This document shows positions 27,832 to 40,291 of a stretch of DNA of 64,000 bases, piece after piece. The notes under the pieces are model-generated. The model had not been told where the DNA came from and searched no databases. It worked only from the letters and a program-made list of their open reading frames with translations. The DNA comes from a bacterium (lineage in GTDB: Bacteria > Patescibacteriota > Minisyncoccia > UBA6257 > HR35). The translations under genes and the position numbers were made by a program. The stretch's first letter is position 1. Each line of letters begins with the position of its first letter. The DNA is taken from positions 38,101 through 102,100 of the forward strand of contig JBEQAR010000002.1 in NCBI GenBank assembly GCA_041640295.1, given 5' to 3'.

Positions 27832-28924
27832 ATTCTTTGTTAATTACTTCTTTATTTAAAAGCGCACATCCTACCGAGGCTGAATATTTTAAAATATCGT
27901 CATCTTTTTCAAAAATATCATAAATATTTTTTGGTAATTTAATTTGAATATCAAATATATTTTTTAGTAAATTATCAAAATTTAAAATTTTAGCAAAGCT
28001 CCCTACAGCAATTATTCCTCCAGGAAGACGAAAAGAAGATTTTATTTCTTTTAAATAACTTTTCAAGCCACTTTTTTCTACATATTCTTTAATTTTCTTT
28101 TCAATGAATTTTTTCACCTTAGACTTTTTTTTACTATCTTTATCTAAGTAGTTGTTAAAAAAATCTAATTTTAATTTTTCCGCCTCTTCTAAATCTATTT
28201 TTAAATAAAGGGCTAAATCTTCTGTTAATTTTTCACCACCAAAATCAAATGAATGATAATTAATTAATTTCCCGCGCTGAAAAACTGCTAAGGTAGTATT
28301 TTCTGCACCTAAATCTAAAAGAATTGTTCCAATTTCTTTATCTCTTTTAGTTAAACATACTTTACTGGCTGCATAAAAAGCAGGGTAAAAAACTACTTTA
28401 TTAATCTTTAATTCATTCAAAATATTGCTAAACTTATTGATAATTGATTTATGGCAAGTAATAAAAAAAACTTCAACATCTAATCTTCTACCACTAAAAC
28501 CAAGCGGATCTCTGATTTCTTGATGTCCATCTAAAAAAAATTTTATTGGTTCTTCTACTAATATTTCTTGGTTATTGATAAGTAAAGAAGTTCTAGCTGT
28601 TTTTATAGCTCTTTCAATGTCTTCTTCTTTAATATTTCCTTCAAAGATAGAATGTCCCTTCTGAAGATAACTTTGGAAATAAGAAAAATTAAAACACACT
28701 CCAAGGTTGTTGATTTTGGAAATATTAAAACTTGATAGAGTATTATCAAAAAGATTAGCCAAACTATTAATTAAATCATCTGTTTCTAAAATTTCTCCCT
28801 TTTTTAAATATTCATTCTTAATACTGTGATTATAACTAATTAATTTACCAGAAATATCTTCTTCAAGAATACTTAATTTAATTTCATAATGACCTAAATC
28901 TAAGCCAAAATATAACTCCTTCAT
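27785..28924 (-). CDS. Actin-fold ATPase of the FtsA/PilM family
   Basis: The N-terminal phosphate-1 motif is GLDLGHYEIKLSI, and the adenosine motif is GGEKLTEDLALYLKIDLEEAEKLK. The 379-aa length fits PilM better than FtsA. Confidence 0.6.
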   Translation of the reverse strand: MKELYFGLDLGHYEIKLSILEEDISGKLISYNHSIKNEYLKKGEILETDDLINSLANLFDNTLSSFNISKINNLGVCFNFSYFQSYLQKGHSIFEGNIKEEDIERAIKTARTSLLINNQEILVEEPIKFFLDGHQEIRDPLGFSGRRLDVEVFFITCHKSIINKFSNILNELKINKVVFYPAFYAASKVCLTKRDKEIGTILLDLGAENTTLAVFQRGKLINYHSFDFGGEKLTEDLALYLKIDLEEAEKLKLDFFNNYLDKDSKKKSKVKKFIEKKIKEYVEKSGLKSYLKEIKSSFRLPGGIIAVGSFAKILNFDNLLKNIFDIQIKLPKNIYDIFEKDDDILKYSASVGCALLNKEVINKEYGWFQKIKNFFSFRP

Positions 28925-29193
28925 CCTTCATATTTGATTTCGTTAATATATCGTTTAGCCATATCTAAAGCTTTTTCTAAACTCCAACCTTCTTTTAATT
29001 TCTGTTCAATAAAAGCTTTAATTTTTAGTCTATATAATCGATACTCAAACTTCCTTCTCTCATTCCATTTTCTTGTTTTATACATTCGTTTTTTTACTTC
29101 ATTAGCAATTCCACTTTTTTGATAACGACTACTAAATCTTTTTAATAACTGCAAATTGCTTTCCCCTTTATGTTTTTTTGCCTTAATTCTCAT
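28921..29193 (-). CDS. rpsU: 30S ribosomal protein S21-like
   Basis: The segment LLKRFSSRYQKSGIANEVKKRMYKTRKWNERRK aligns with the S21 core [33 protein letters not shown]. There is a C-terminal extension. Confidence 0.55.
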   Translation of the reverse strand: MRIKAKKHKGESNLQLLKRFSSRYQKSGIANEVKKRMYKTRKWNERRKFEYRLYRLKIKAFIEQKLKEGWSLEKALDMAKRYINEIKYEG

Positions 29194-29593
29194 TTTTTAA
29201 TAATTGATAAATTTCCTCAACAGATTGTGAGGGAGGATTATAGACTACTGAATGAATTGATCCGCCTTTATCATTAATAAATCGAGGAATAATATGAAAA
29301 TGAAGATGATCAATTAATCGACCAGCTAATTTACCTTCATTAATTCCAATAGTAAAATCTTTTGTTTTTAATTTTTCTGATATTCTTAAAATTGTCTTTT
29401 TTAAAATGGAAATAAGCTTTTCCGCTGATGCTTCTGGTAAATCAACAAAATTAGGGATATGTTTTTTTGGAATCACTAAAGAGTGTCCTGGAGCATGAGG
29501 TTTAATATCTAAAAAACATATAAAGTCTTCATTTTCTTCAATAATAAAAGCTGGTAAATTTTTATTCGCTATTTTACAAAAAATACAATCCAT
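29183..29593 (-). CDS. HIT-family (histidine triad) nucleotide hydrolase
   Basis: It has the HIT motif HLHFHIIPR and an N-terminal CxxC motif. Confidence 0.8.
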   Translation of the reverse strand: MDCIFCKIANKNLPAFIIEENEDFICFLDIKPHAPGHSLVIPKKHIPNFVDLPEASAEKLISILKKTILRISEKLKTKDFTIGINEGKLAGRLIDHLHFHIIPRFINDKGGSIHSVVYNPPSQSVEEIYQLLKNEN

Positions 29594-29599
29594 TATATA

Positions 29600-30871
29600 T
29601 TATTTTAATCTCTTTTTAATTTCTTCGACTAAATTAGATAAGAAAATAACTTCTTGAGATCTTTTTTCCATATCTTTCAAAATAACAGTTTTATTTCCTA
29701 TTTCCTGATGACCAACAATTAAACAATATTTAATTCCTAATTTATTAGCTAATTCAAGTTGATTAGAAAGACTGGTTTTTTCAAAATTTTCAGCTATTTT
29801 AATATTATGTCGAATTAATTCGTCATAAATTTTGATAGCGTACTCTTTAGTCTTTTCAGTTGTTTGGGCAATAAAAATATCAGCTTTTTTTGCTGTTTTT
29901 AATTTTATATTATGGATTTTAAAAACCTCTATTAATCTTTCTAAACCTAAAGCTCCACCCGTTGCAGGAGTAGGTTTTCCTCCTAAATATTGAATTAAAT
30001 TATCATATCTACCACCTCCGCCAATAGCTAAATTGCTTTCAGTAAAAAATACTTCAAAAACTAATTGTTGATAATAATCAAAACCTCTTACTAATAATTG
30101 ATCAATTTCATATTTTATTTCTAATATATCTAAATATTCTAAAACTTTACTAATATGATCTTCACAATCTTTACAAAGATAATTAATAATTGAGGGGGCA
30201 TTAGTTTTATATTCTTGATCTTTAGGATGTTTACAATCTAATAATCGTAAGGGATTTAAATGATATCTTCTTTGACAATCTTTACATAAATTTTTTAAAT
30301 TTTTTTTATAATAATTTTTTAGATCTTTGATATATTTTTTTCTATCCTTTTTACATCCTAAGCTGTTAATTTTAAAAACATAATCACTTAATTTAAATTT
30401 TCTAAAAAACCTATCAAATACTTGGATTATTTGAGCATCATATATTGGATCTTTAGCTCCAATAATTTCTAATCCCCACTGATGATGTTCTCTGAACCTG
30501 TTAGCTTGAGGTTTTTCCCTTCGATACATTCGATCAATATAAAAAAGTTTAACTGGCTGAGGTAGGGAGTGCATTCCATTTTGGAGATAAGCTCGAGCTA
30601 CTGAAGCTGTTCCTTCGGGTTTGAGAACATATTTAGTTGCTCCTTCTTTTTCTTTGATATAAAACATTTCTTTTTCAATTACATCAGTTGATTGACCTAA
30701 TGAGCTAGTAAAAACTTTTTCGTCTTCTAAAGCTGGTGTTTGGATATAAGAAAAAGAATAAAGTTGAGTATGTTTAATAATTTCGTTTTTTAAAGAAATC
30801 AAAAAATCAGCTTCCTCAAATAAAAAATCATTCATTCCACGCGGTCTTTGAATAACGATTTTAAATTTCAT
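29600..30871 (-). CDS. hisS: Histidyl-tRNA synthetase
   Basis: It has class II motifs including YIDRMYRREKPQANRFREHHQWGLE, the HisRS motifs GGGRYD and a C-terminal anticodon-binding domain. Confidence 0.9.
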   Translation of the reverse strand: MKFKIVIQRPRGMNDFLFEEADFLISLKNEIIKHTQLYSFSYIQTPALEDEKVFTSSLGQSTDVIEKEMFYIKEKEGATKYVLKPEGTASVARAYLQNGMHSLPQPVKLFYIDRMYRREKPQANRFREHHQWGLEIIGAKDPIYDAQIIQVFDRFFRKFKLSDYVFKINSLGCKKDRKKYIKDLKNYYKKNLKNLCKDCQRRYHLNPLRLLDCKHPKDQEYKTNAPSIINYLCKDCEDHISKVLEYLDILEIKYEIDQLLVRGFDYYQQLVFEVFFTESNLAIGGGGRYDNLIQYLGGKPTPATGGALGLERLIEVFKIHNIKLKTAKKADIFIAQTTEKTKEYAIKIYDELIRHNIKIAENFEKTSLSNQLELANKLGIKYCLIVGHQEIGNKTVILKDMEKRSQEVIFLSNLVEEIKKRLK

Positions 30872-30872
30872 T

Positions 30873-31421
30873 TTAAATATTATTTGGTCTTAAAATATTA
30901 ATAAGTTTTTTAAATAAACCTACTTTAAAAATTACTTTACCAACAATATCTTTTTCTTTAAGCGGTTTATTCCATTTTCGAGAATCAAAACTTTCATCTC
31001 GATTATCACCTAAAACAAAATATTCATCTGATCCTAAACTAAATTCCGTATCTTCCATATAAAACCTTTCACCCTTTAAATAAGGTTCAGAAATTTTAAT
31101 TGGTTGAGATGAATTAGGCTTTAAGATAAAGATATTATTATCTTTTATAATTACTTTTTCGTTAGGTAAGCCGATAATTCTTTTAATATAATATTTTTTT
31201 TTATCAACTGGCGGAATGAAAACAATTACTTCAAATCTTTCTGGTTTCTTTAATTTAGTACATATTTTACAAACAATTAAATAATCAGATTCATCAAAAT
31301 TAGGTTTCATACTTTCTCCAATAACAATAAATGGCTCAAAAATGAATAATCTTATCGGAATAAAAACAAAGACGAAAATTAAAAATAATTCTATTAAAGT
31401 AGATAAAATTTCTTTAAACAT
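30873..31421 (-). CDS. lepB: Signal peptidase I
   Basis: It has an N-terminal TM helix, a catalytic Ser in GESMKPN, a catalytic Lys in YIKRIIGLP, and GDNRDESFDSR. Confidence 0.8.
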   Translation of the reverse strand: MFKEILSTLIELFLIFVFVFIPIRLFIFEPFIVIGESMKPNFDESDYLIVCKICTKLKKPERFEVIVFIPPVDKKKYYIKRIIGLPNEKVIIKDNNIFILKPNSSQPIKISEPYLKGERFYMEDTEFSLGSDEYFVLGDNRDESFDSRKWNKPLKEKDIVGKVIFKVGLFKKLINILRPNNI

Positions 31422-31527
31422 TTTTAGAAAACTTTATTTACTTCTTAATTCAAAAAATAATAAATTAAAATAATATTAACCGAAAAATTAAAAACAATTA
31501 TCAAAAATAATCTAATATAATAATTAT

Positions 31528-32088
31528 ATGAAAAAAACTAATAAAATCAAATTAATATTCGGCTTAGGGAATCCAGGTGATAAATTTATTAATACCCCAC
31601 ATAATTTTGGTAGAGATTTATTAGTTGCTGTTTCTGAAAAAAAGTTGATTTATCAAAATAATAACTTCCAATTAGATCGCTATGGTGATATTTATTTAGC
31701 AATCTCAAAAAAATATATGAACGAATCAGGAATAGTTCTTAAAGAAATATTAACTAAGTTCAATTTAAAAACCGAAGAAACATTGATAATACATGATGAA
31801 GCTGATTTACCCTTTTTATGGGTTAAGTTGACTTTTAATAAGCAAGCTTCAATGCATAAAGGCGTTGAGTCAATTTATCAAAAATGCGGTAAAAATATTT
31901 GGAGATTAAGAATTGGTATTCAGGGAGTTAAACGAAAAAAAGCTGATAAAATAATTTTGACAAAATTAAAAGGTAATTCTTTAATATCTTGGTTAAAAGC
32001 GAAAAAAAAATTTAAAATATTTTTAGATTTGATTAACGATAAAGATATTCAAAAAATAAGTTTACCTAAATTATTTTTTTTGGATTAG
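31528..32088 (+). CDS. pth: Peptidyl-tRNA hydrolase
   Basis: It has the motifs LIFGLGNPG and TPHNFG. Confidence 0.85.
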   Translation: MKKTNKIKLIFGLGNPGDKFINTPHNFGRDLLVAVSEKKLIYQNNNFQLDRYGDIYLAISKKYMNESGIVLKEILTKFNLKTEETLIIHDEADLPFLWVKLTFNKQASMHKGVESIYQKCGKNIWRLRIGIQGVKRKKADKIILTKLKGNSLISWLKAKKKFKIFLDLINDKDIQKISLPKLFFLD

Positions 32089-32930
32089 AGATAACCGAGA
32101 GCCTTTAGTTGATCTCGATATTCCCATTCCCAAAGTTCTTTACAGGCTAAAAATCCCTTAAAATCCTCTTCTGGATTATCAAATTCTTTAAATTCCCATT
32201 CATCCTGAATTTCACCAAATTTATGCTGACAGTTAACTTCTCCTCCTTTTATTTTATCTCCCATTCTTCTTAAAATTTTTTTAGCACCACATAATTCACA
32301 TATTTGAATTTGATTAATTCTCAAAATATATCTTTTTTCAATATTCTTTGGTAAGATAATTTTTTTATTTTTATCTAATAAAATTGGTTCATCATTTAAA
32401 GCAAAAAAATAAGCTGAAGTTTGCAAACGATAATCATCATAAATTTCTGTTGCTGTTTTAATATCAATTAAAGAAAAAACCCCATCAACTTCAGCTAAGA
32501 TATCAAATGTTCCACTATAACGATAATTGCTATGCTTTATTCTTTTTTCAATCCATTCCGCTTTAGTAAATAAACTATAATTTTTCAGAAAATTTTCAAA
32601 CCCCTTTTTGAAGCCGATATATTCAGGAGGAACAATAATTTCACGATCTCGAACAATTGATTCTAATATTTCATGAACTATTGTTCCTTCATAGGCTGCC
32701 TCTCTTTTTTTATTTTGGGCTTCAGTAAAATTTTCCGCTGCTGCATAAAAATAATATAATGCCGGTTTACTTTTAATATCAACAATTGAAGTTACTCGTG
32801 GGTACCAAACGCCATCAATTACATATCCATGCCTTTTTTTGAACTCGTCTAAAGATAAATTTTTATTATTAAGCATTTTTAACCTCTTTAAATTTAAATT
32901 AATTTTACTAAAATTGTATATTATAATCAA
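32085..32930 (-). CDS. RecB-family PD-(D/E)XK nuclease-domain protein with a C-terminal Cys cluster
   Basis: The motif order is D(ILAEV)D ... LIDIKT (ExK-like) ... QTSAY (QxxxY). A C-terminal CxxC...C...C cluster follows. Confidence 0.55.
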   Translation of the reverse strand: MIIIYNFSKINLNLKRLKMLNNKNLSLDEFKKRHGYVIDGVWYPRVTSIVDIKSKPALYYFYAAAENFTEAQNKKREAAYEGTIVHEILESIVRDREIIVPPEYIGFKKGFENFLKNYSLFTKAEWIEKRIKHSNYRYSGTFDILAEVDGVFSLIDIKTATEIYDDYRLQTSAYFFALNDEPILLDKNKKIILPKNIEKRYILRINQIQICELCGAKKILRRMGDKIKGGEVNCQHKFGEIQDEWEFKEFDNPEEDFKGFLACKELWEWEYRDQLKALGYL

Positions 32931-32987
32931 AAATAATTTAAATTATATTAATAATAATAATATTAAACAATCTTAAAAACAAAAGCA

Positions 32988-33452
32988 ATGGACTATAATA
33001 TTTTGATTTACCCTAATAATTTTTTAAGAAGAAAAACTAAACCAGTAGAAATATTTGATAGTCAATTAATTAAAATCGTTGATCAAATGAAAAAAATTAT
33101 GTTAGCTAATAAAGGTGTTGGTTTAGCAGCTAATCAAATAGGATTAAATATTTCCCTTTTTGTAGCTCGACCAAAAGAAAAGTTTTATATTTTTATTAAT
33201 CCGGAAATTATTGATCAGAAAGAAGAAGAACTAAAAGAAGAAGGTTGTTTAAGTTTACCCAATAAATGGGGATTAGTAAAAAGATTTAAAGAAGTTAAAA
33301 TTAGTTATCAAGATTTAAGAGGTAAAAGAAGAAAATTGAAAACCAGTGGTTTATTAGCTCATATTATTCAGCACGAAATTGATCATTTAAATGGAAAATT
33401 ATTTATTGACCAAGCTTTGGAAGTTTATGATTTAACCGAAAAAAATGACTAA
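32988..33452 (+). CDS. def: Peptide deformylase
   Basis: It has GVGLAANQIG, EGCLSLP and HEIDHLNG. Confidence 0.9.
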   Translation: MDYNILIYPNNFLRRKTKPVEIFDSQLIKIVDQMKKIMLANKGVGLAANQIGLNISLFVARPKEKFYIFINPEIIDQKEEELKEEGCLSLPNKWGLVKRFKEVKISYQDLRGKRRKLKTSGLLAHIIQHEIDHLNGKLFIDQALEVYDLTEKND

Positions 33453-34386
33453 AAAATTAGATTTTTGTTTTTTTGGTTCAAGTAGTTTTTCTTTGTATTG
33501 CTTAAAAGAAATAATAAAAAAATTTATACCATCATTAGTTATTACTTTACCTGCTAAACCAAAAGGAAGAGGTTTGAAATTGCAACCTAATGATGTTTAT
33601 GTTTTTTGTTTAAAAAATAAATTAGCAGTTATTGAATTAAAAAATTGGTCAGAATTTAATTTATCTTTTGAATTTGGTTTAATAGCCGGTTTTGGTAAAA
33701 TAATTCCCTTTGAGGTATTTAAAAATTTTAAAAAAGGGATACTAAATATTCATCCATCTTTATTACCTAAATATCGAGGTGCTAATCCTATTCGGGAAAC
33801 CATTCTTAATGGAGATCAATTAACTGGAGTGACTATAATTTTAACCGATGAATTGGTTGATCATGGTCCTATCATTGCTCAAAAGGAAATTACATTAACC
33901 CAACAAGAGTATTATTTAGAATTAGAAGAAAAGCTTGGAAAATTGGGTGGACAAACTTTTAATGAAATTATCGATGATTATTTGCAAAATAAAATTAAAC
34001 CTATAGAACAAAATCATTCTTTAGCTACTTTTACTAAAAAAATTACCAAAGAAGATGGATTACTGAGCATCAAAGATAAATTTTTTATTTGGGATAGAAA
34101 AATTAGAGCTTTTAATCCTTGGCCCGGAACTTTCATTAAAATTTTGATTAAAAATGAAGAAAAAATTCTTAAAATTTTTAGAATTGAAAAATTAGAACCA
34201 ACCGATAAGCATTTAACCAACTTAGAAATCGGAAGTTTTTTTCGATATCAAAATGAATTAGGCTTAAGAATAATTGATAGTTTTATTCTTATTAAAGAAC
34301 TTCAACTTCAAGATAGAAAGAAAATGTCCTCTAAAGAATTTCTTAATGGTTATAAGTTAGAATATTTAAAAATACTAGAAAAATAA
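33445..34386 (+). CDS. fmt: Methionyl-tRNA formyltransferase
   Basis: The formyltransferase core includes NIHPSLLPKYRGANPI, and a C-terminal domain follows. It pairs with def in a def-fmt unit. Confidence 0.9.
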   Translation: MTKKLDFCFFGSSSFSLYCLKEIIKKFIPSLVITLPAKPKGRGLKLQPNDVYVFCLKNKLAVIELKNWSEFNLSFEFGLIAGFGKIIPFEVFKNFKKGILNIHPSLLPKYRGANPIRETILNGDQLTGVTIILTDELVDHGPIIAQKEITLTQQEYYLELEEKLGKLGGQTFNEIIDDYLQNKIKPIEQNHSLATFTKKITKEDGLLSIKDKFFIWDRKIRAFNPWPGTFIKILIKNEEKILKIFRIEKLEPTDKHLTNLEIGSFFRYQNELGLRIIDSFILIKELQLQDRKKMSSKEFLNGYKLEYLKILEK

Positions 34387-34425
34387 TCCTTGAGATAAAT
34401 TTAAACTAAATTAAGATTTATAAAA

Positions 34426-35115
34426 CTAAAGATTAGGATAAAAATAAGTGCTTGTTGAAGAAGGTAGAATAGTTTTATCAGGTCCAATCTCATAAATGTA
34501 TGGATTATTCCCACCATCATTATTTTCATCAGTATTATTTGGATTCTCTAAATTAGCATTTAATTCATATGTAAGATCAGTTCTACAAGCAAAAGTATAA
34601 TAGAAAGAAGGATTAGAATTAGCTGCTGAATTACTATTTCTTGGATCTAAGGGTAAGCTTGGTAGATTAACAACAGTAGAAGTTCCTAATGGTACAGGCA
34701 ACCAACCAGGAGGATCGCTAGTTGTAGAAGTAGCAACTGTTCTTGAATTTGTTGCCCGAGCACCCGTGAAACCACTTCCAACAACTCCCTCTACACTTGC
34801 TGCAGAATAAAAAATTGTCGGTGTTGCTCCACCTAAACACCCATCATTGGTTTTTGTTAAGGTAACCCCCGATGGTTGGTTTAATTTTGTACTACTTGGA
34901 GTTAAAACCGCCTCTCTGCCGCTATTTGTCATATCAGTTAAATATATATCTATGGCACTACTTAAACTTTTTAAATCAGATTTTCTTTGAGTATCTCTCA
35001 TATTCATAAAAATTTGTTGAGGCTTAACAATAGTAATTAAAATTGCTGCTAAAGTAGCTATAATAGCTAAAACTACTATTAATTCAATGAGGGTGAACCC
35101 AACGCTTTTTTTCAT
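34426..35115 (-). CDS. Type IV pilin / pseudopilin-like protein
   Basis: It has the class III signal and N-methylation motif KKSVGFTLIELIVVLAIIATLAAI (G|FTLIE). The C-terminal region is rich in Thr, Ser and Asn. Confidence 0.7.
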   Translation of the reverse strand: MKKSVGFTLIELIVVLAIIATLAAILITIVKPQQIFMNMRDTQRKSDLKSLSSAIDIYLTDMTNSGREAVLTPSSTKLNQPSGVTLTKTNDGCLGGATPTIFYSAASVEGVVGSGFTGARATNSRTVATSTTSDPPGWLPVPLGTSTVVNLPSLPLDPRNSNSAANSNPSFYYTFACRTDLTYELNANLENPNNTDENNDGGNNPYIYEIGPDKTILPSSTSTYFYPNL

Positions 35116-35245
35116 ATTGTTTTTATTGATTAAATTTAATTAATCGACTTTTGATATTATGATTAAAAAATTTTTTATTATAGTAATTATATTAAAAAAA
35201 TAAAATAAAAATAAAGTAAATTGTGGATAACTTAAGGAATATTAA

Positions 35246-35620
35246 TTAGCTGATTGGAATACCGGCGAACTCTTTTATTTTTAAAACTAATTCGTCTAAA
35301 GAAAGACCTGCTTTTACAAAATAAGCTTTTACACCCAAGCTTTTTCCTCTTTGAATATCTTCTGGCTGGCCCAAATTAGAAATAATAAAAACTGGTATAT
35401 TTTTTAAATTAACATCTTTATTCATTTCCTCTAAAACATAAAAACCACTTTTTTTAGGCAAAATAATATCCAATAAAACTAAATCTGGTTTTTCGATAAC
35501 TATTTTATCAAGAGCTTCTTCGCCATCACTTGCAGTGGCTATTTCAAAATTTTCATTTTTAAATTTTTTTTCTAGCAAAGTTCTTAAAAATTTATCGTCT
35601 TCTACTATTAAAATTTTCAT
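35246..35620 (-). CDS. Single-domain response regulator (CheY-like receiver)
   Basis: The 124-aa protein has the acidic pocket DD, a phospho-acceptor Asp in LVLLDIILP and a conserved Lys near the C-terminus. Confidence 0.8.
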   Translation of the reverse strand: MKILIVEDDKFLRTLLEKKFKNENFEIATASDGEEALDKIVIEKPDLVLLDIILPKKSGFYVLEEMNKDVNLKNIPVFIISNLGQPEDIQRGKSLGVKAYFVKAGLSLDELVLKIKEFAGIPIS

Positions 35621-35739
35621 TAAAAATTAAATAAGCTAATTTAATAGACAAATATAAAAATTAGTATTCCCTATCATTTTGAGGTTTTTAATTATCCTGG
35701 TTAGGTTCGGCTAAATTAGATAATTAAAATTTGATTTTA

Positions 35740-37256
<1,517 letters not shown>

Positions 37257-37393
37257 AAACCTAACCAGGATAATTAAAAACCTTTTTAATATAAATTTTA
37301 GTGTACAATAAAATCATCAAATCAAAAACAATCTTAATAATTTACTCAACCAACATTTATAATTCAATTCCACAATTTAGAAAGATAAGTATT

Positions 37394-37420
37394 ATTATAA
37401 ATTAAAATTTAAATAAATCA
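37394..37420 (-). promoter_or_regulatory. Candidate sigma70-like promoter for the 16S gene
   Basis: On the minus strand TTGATT is followed by a 15-nt spacer and TATAAT, about 135 nt upstream of the 16S 5' end. In DNA this AT-rich such hexamers also arise by chance. Confidence 0.25.
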
Positions 37421-37560
37421 AGAATTTGAAAATATTTAAATCAATCAAAATCTATTAAATTTTTAAAGTCTAAATTATTAATTTTTATTGTTTGCTTTTA
37501 GTTTTGTTTTTATTAATACTTTCAACAGGTGATTAGATTAATTTTAAATTTTTATTTTTG

Positions 37561-37632
37561 TGCCGTGGGAGGGAATCGAACCCCCGACGCCATGCTCTTC
37601 AGGCATGCGCTCTACCACTGAGCTACCACGGC
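37561..37632 (-). tRNA. tRNA-Phe (anticodon GAA)
   Basis: The reverse complement reads GCCGUGGUAGCUCAGUGGUAGAGCGCAUGCCUGAAGAGCAUGGCGUCGGGGGUUCGAUUCCCUCCCACGGCA. The anticodon loop is CUGAAGA. It lies upstream of the 16S gene on the same strand. Confidence 0.9.
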
Positions 37633-37972
37633 TTAAGTTTTTGTCTAATTAAGAAAATTTTATCTTAATCTAATTTATGATTTTTGTGAAATCGGTAAGG
37701 TTTTATAATTGTTTATTTCTAATTTTTAAATTTGTTCTGGTTATAATCTTAAAAGGTTTATTAAAATTAATTATAACAAAATTTTTATTTTAAGACTATA
37801 TTTTAACTATATTTTAACAGAATTTAAGCAATTTTGACTTTTTTATAAATTCTGTTATAATTTAAAATGTAAAGTAATATTTAATAAATTTCAAATTTTA
37901 TATTTTTAATTTATAATTTAAACATAAAAAATTTAAAACTTTAATTAATTATCTCAAAACCAAAATATAAAA

Positions 37973-38590
37973 ATGGAATATTCACAGTTAATACCTTATG
38001 TTATTGAAAAAACCCAACAAGGCGAGAGAGCTTATGATATTTATTCTCGACTTTTAAAAGATAGAATAATAATCTTGGGTACACCAATTAATGATCAAGT
38101 TGCTAATATTATTATTGCTCAGTTGTTGTTTTTAGACCACGAAGATCCAGAAAAGACAATCTATCTTTACATTAATTCTCCGGGTGGTGTCGTTACTTCA
38201 GCATTAGCAATTTATGATACTATGCAATTTATTAAAGCAGATGTTTCAACTATTGGTTTAGGTATGGTTGCTTCAGCTGCTTCACTTTTATTAGCTGCTG
38301 GAACAAAGGGTAAAAGAATGGTTTTGCCAAATACAGAAATTTTACTCCACCAAGTTATGGGACAAGCTGAAGGTCAAGCAGTAGATATTGAAATTACAGC
38401 TAAACAAATATTAAAAATAAAATCTAAGGTTAATAAAATTTTATCTTTACATACTGGTCAGCCATTAGAAAAAATAGAAAAGGATACTGATCGAGACTTT
38501 TATTTAACAGCCGAAGAAGCCAAAGAATATGGATTAGTAGATAAAATAATTGAGTATTCAAAAATAAAAAATGATTTTAAAAAAGGCTAA
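37973..38590 (+). CDS. clpP: ATP-dependent Clp protease proteolytic subunit
   Basis: It has the catalytic Ser in GMVASAAS and a His in LHQVMGQ. At 205 aa it has the typical ClpP length. Confidence 0.9.
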   Translation: MEYSQLIPYVIEKTQQGERAYDIYSRLLKDRIIILGTPINDQVANIIIAQLLFLDHEDPEKTIYLYINSPGGVVTSALAIYDTMQFIKADVSTIGLGMVASAASLLLAAGTKGKRMVLPNTEILLHQVMGQAEGQAVDIEITAKQILKIKSKVNKILSLHTGQPLEKIEKDTDRDFYLTAEEAKEYGLVDKIIEYSKIKNDFKKG

Positions 38591-40145
38591 TATTTTACCA
38601 ATTATTTTAGCTTTAATCACGGGCGGTGTTATTAGTTCTATAGCAGTTTTGAGCTATTTCAAATATATACAATCTAATAACTTATCTGCTTTTAATAAAA
38701 CTCCCCAATTCAATTTAGAATCTTCTACCTTAAAAGAAAATTTAAATTCTGAAGAAGTTAATAATCTAACTTCTAATTTAACCAATGTTCAAAATAGTAG
38801 TTTTCAAGAAATTTCTTATCAAGAAATTAACAGAAATACCAACTCATTAAAGACTCAATCAACTAAAAATAAATTAGAAAATCAGAATAAAAACAAGACA
38901 AAAACTTTAAGTAATTCTTCCCAAATAAATGATAATAATCAAAATTTATTAGCTAATTTTTTGGTTTTTTTATCTAAAATTAATCAATCCAACAATCAAA
39001 ATTTAACTTCCAACAATTATTCAACATCCACCTCAAATTATAATACTTCTTCCAATAATCAAAATAACCAAAGTCAAAATAACCAAAATCAGAATCGAAA
39101 TAATTCAAACAACAATCAAAACAATTCCAATAATCAATCTAATAATCAAAACAATAATCAAAATAACAACTCTCAAAATAATAACAACAATAACAATAAT
39201 AACAATGAAAATGATGATAATGAAAATATAAATTTAGGTAATCAATCTTCAGGAACAAAAATTTTAATTTCTGAAATTTTAATTGACGGAGGAAGCGCTA
39301 ACGATGAATTTGTTGAATTATATAATCCAAATAATTTTTCAGTCAATCTGACTGGTTGGAAATTAGTTAAATTTAATAAAAATAATAATCAACAAACTCT
39401 TATTGGACAAAGAACAAGAAATACTTTTAGCAATAAAATAATTCCTCCCTATTCTTATTTATTAATTGCTAATGAAACTGGAAGTTATGCTCAACAAGCA
39501 GATTTAGTTTATTCTGAAAGCTATAATTTAGCTAAAGATAATTCTCTTGTTTTAATTAATAATAATAACGAAGTAGTTGATTTAGTTGGATGGGGATCGG
39601 CACCAAGATATGAAAGTAATGCCTTTAGCCAAAATCCAGGTCAAGGAGTTTCTTTGGTTAGAAAAGCTGGTTTTGAATCAACTCAGGAAAGTATGGTTTC
39701 TAATGAAATTAATTTTGGTAACTCTTTAGATACAGATAATAACAATTTTGATTTTGTCCTGCTTAATCCAGAACCACAAAATAGCCGAAGTCAAGCAGAA
39801 CAACCTCCTCAAGAAATTAGGTTAATTAATTTTGATAATACCGAGAACAATTTAATTTTTGAGATTATTTCCCCATATCGAATTTCCAATAATAGCCGAT
39901 ATGTTTTATTAACTTTTAATATAGAAGACAATCAAGATATAGATAACTATCTTAGAACTAATTGGCAAAATCTTAGTTTGAATTATACTTTACCAGCAGT
40001 AGAAAGAAATGGTAAAAGACAAACAATTCAGGTAACTATTAATAATCAAGAAAATAATGAAAGTGATGAAAATGAACAAATATATCTTTTAGGCTTAGTT
40101 GTTGATAATCAATTGATAAATTGGGTTCCAGACTTGAATGATTAA
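38571..40145 (+). CDS. Membrane-anchored lamin-tail-domain (LTD) protein with a long Asn/Gln/Ser-rich low-complexity linker
   Basis: It has an N-terminal TM helix. A poly-N/Q/S region follows (...[35 protein letters not shown]). The LTD then reads [23 protein letters not shown]...LTGWKLV...[17 protein letters not shown]. Confidence 0.6.
   Translation: MILKKANILPIILALITGGVISSIAVLSYFKYIQSNNLSAFNKTPQFNLESSTLKENLNSEEVNNLTSNLTNVQNSSFQEISYQEINRNTNSLKTQSTKNKLENQNKNKTKTLSNSSQINDNNQNLLANFLVFLSKINQSNNQNLTSNNYSTSTSNYNTSSNNQNNQSQNNQNQNRNNSNNNQNNSNNQSNNQNNNQNNNSQNNNNNNNNNNENDDNENINLGNQSSGTKILISEILIDGGSANDEFVELYNPNNFSVNLTGWKLVKFNKNNNQQTLIGQRTRNTFSNKIIPPYSYLLIANETGSYAQQADLVYSESYNLAKDNSLVLINNNNEVVDLVGWGSAPRYESNAFSQNPGQGVSLVRKAGFESTQESMVSNEINFGNSLDTDNNNFDFVLLNPEPQNSRSQAEQPPQEIRLINFDNTENNLIFEIISPYRISNNSRYVLLTFNIEDNQDIDNYLRTNWQNLSLNYTLPAVERNGKRQTIQVTINNQENNESDENEQIYLLGLVVDNQLINWVPDLND
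39040..39230 (+). repeat. Low-complexity AAT/CAA-rich coding repeat encoding poly-Asn/Gln
   Basis: The nucleotide sequence is dominated by aat, caa and aac codons, and the protein is low-complexity. Confidence 0.6.
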
Positions 40146-40291
40146 ATTAATTAATTTATAATCTTTACTAACGATAGTCTTTAAATGATTAAAAAGGATT
40201 TTTTATTAATTCTAATATTAGTATTGTATTTAAAGTCAACTCCAATTTTATTTTATTACCATTCATTTACATTTCACAGATCATCTAATAG

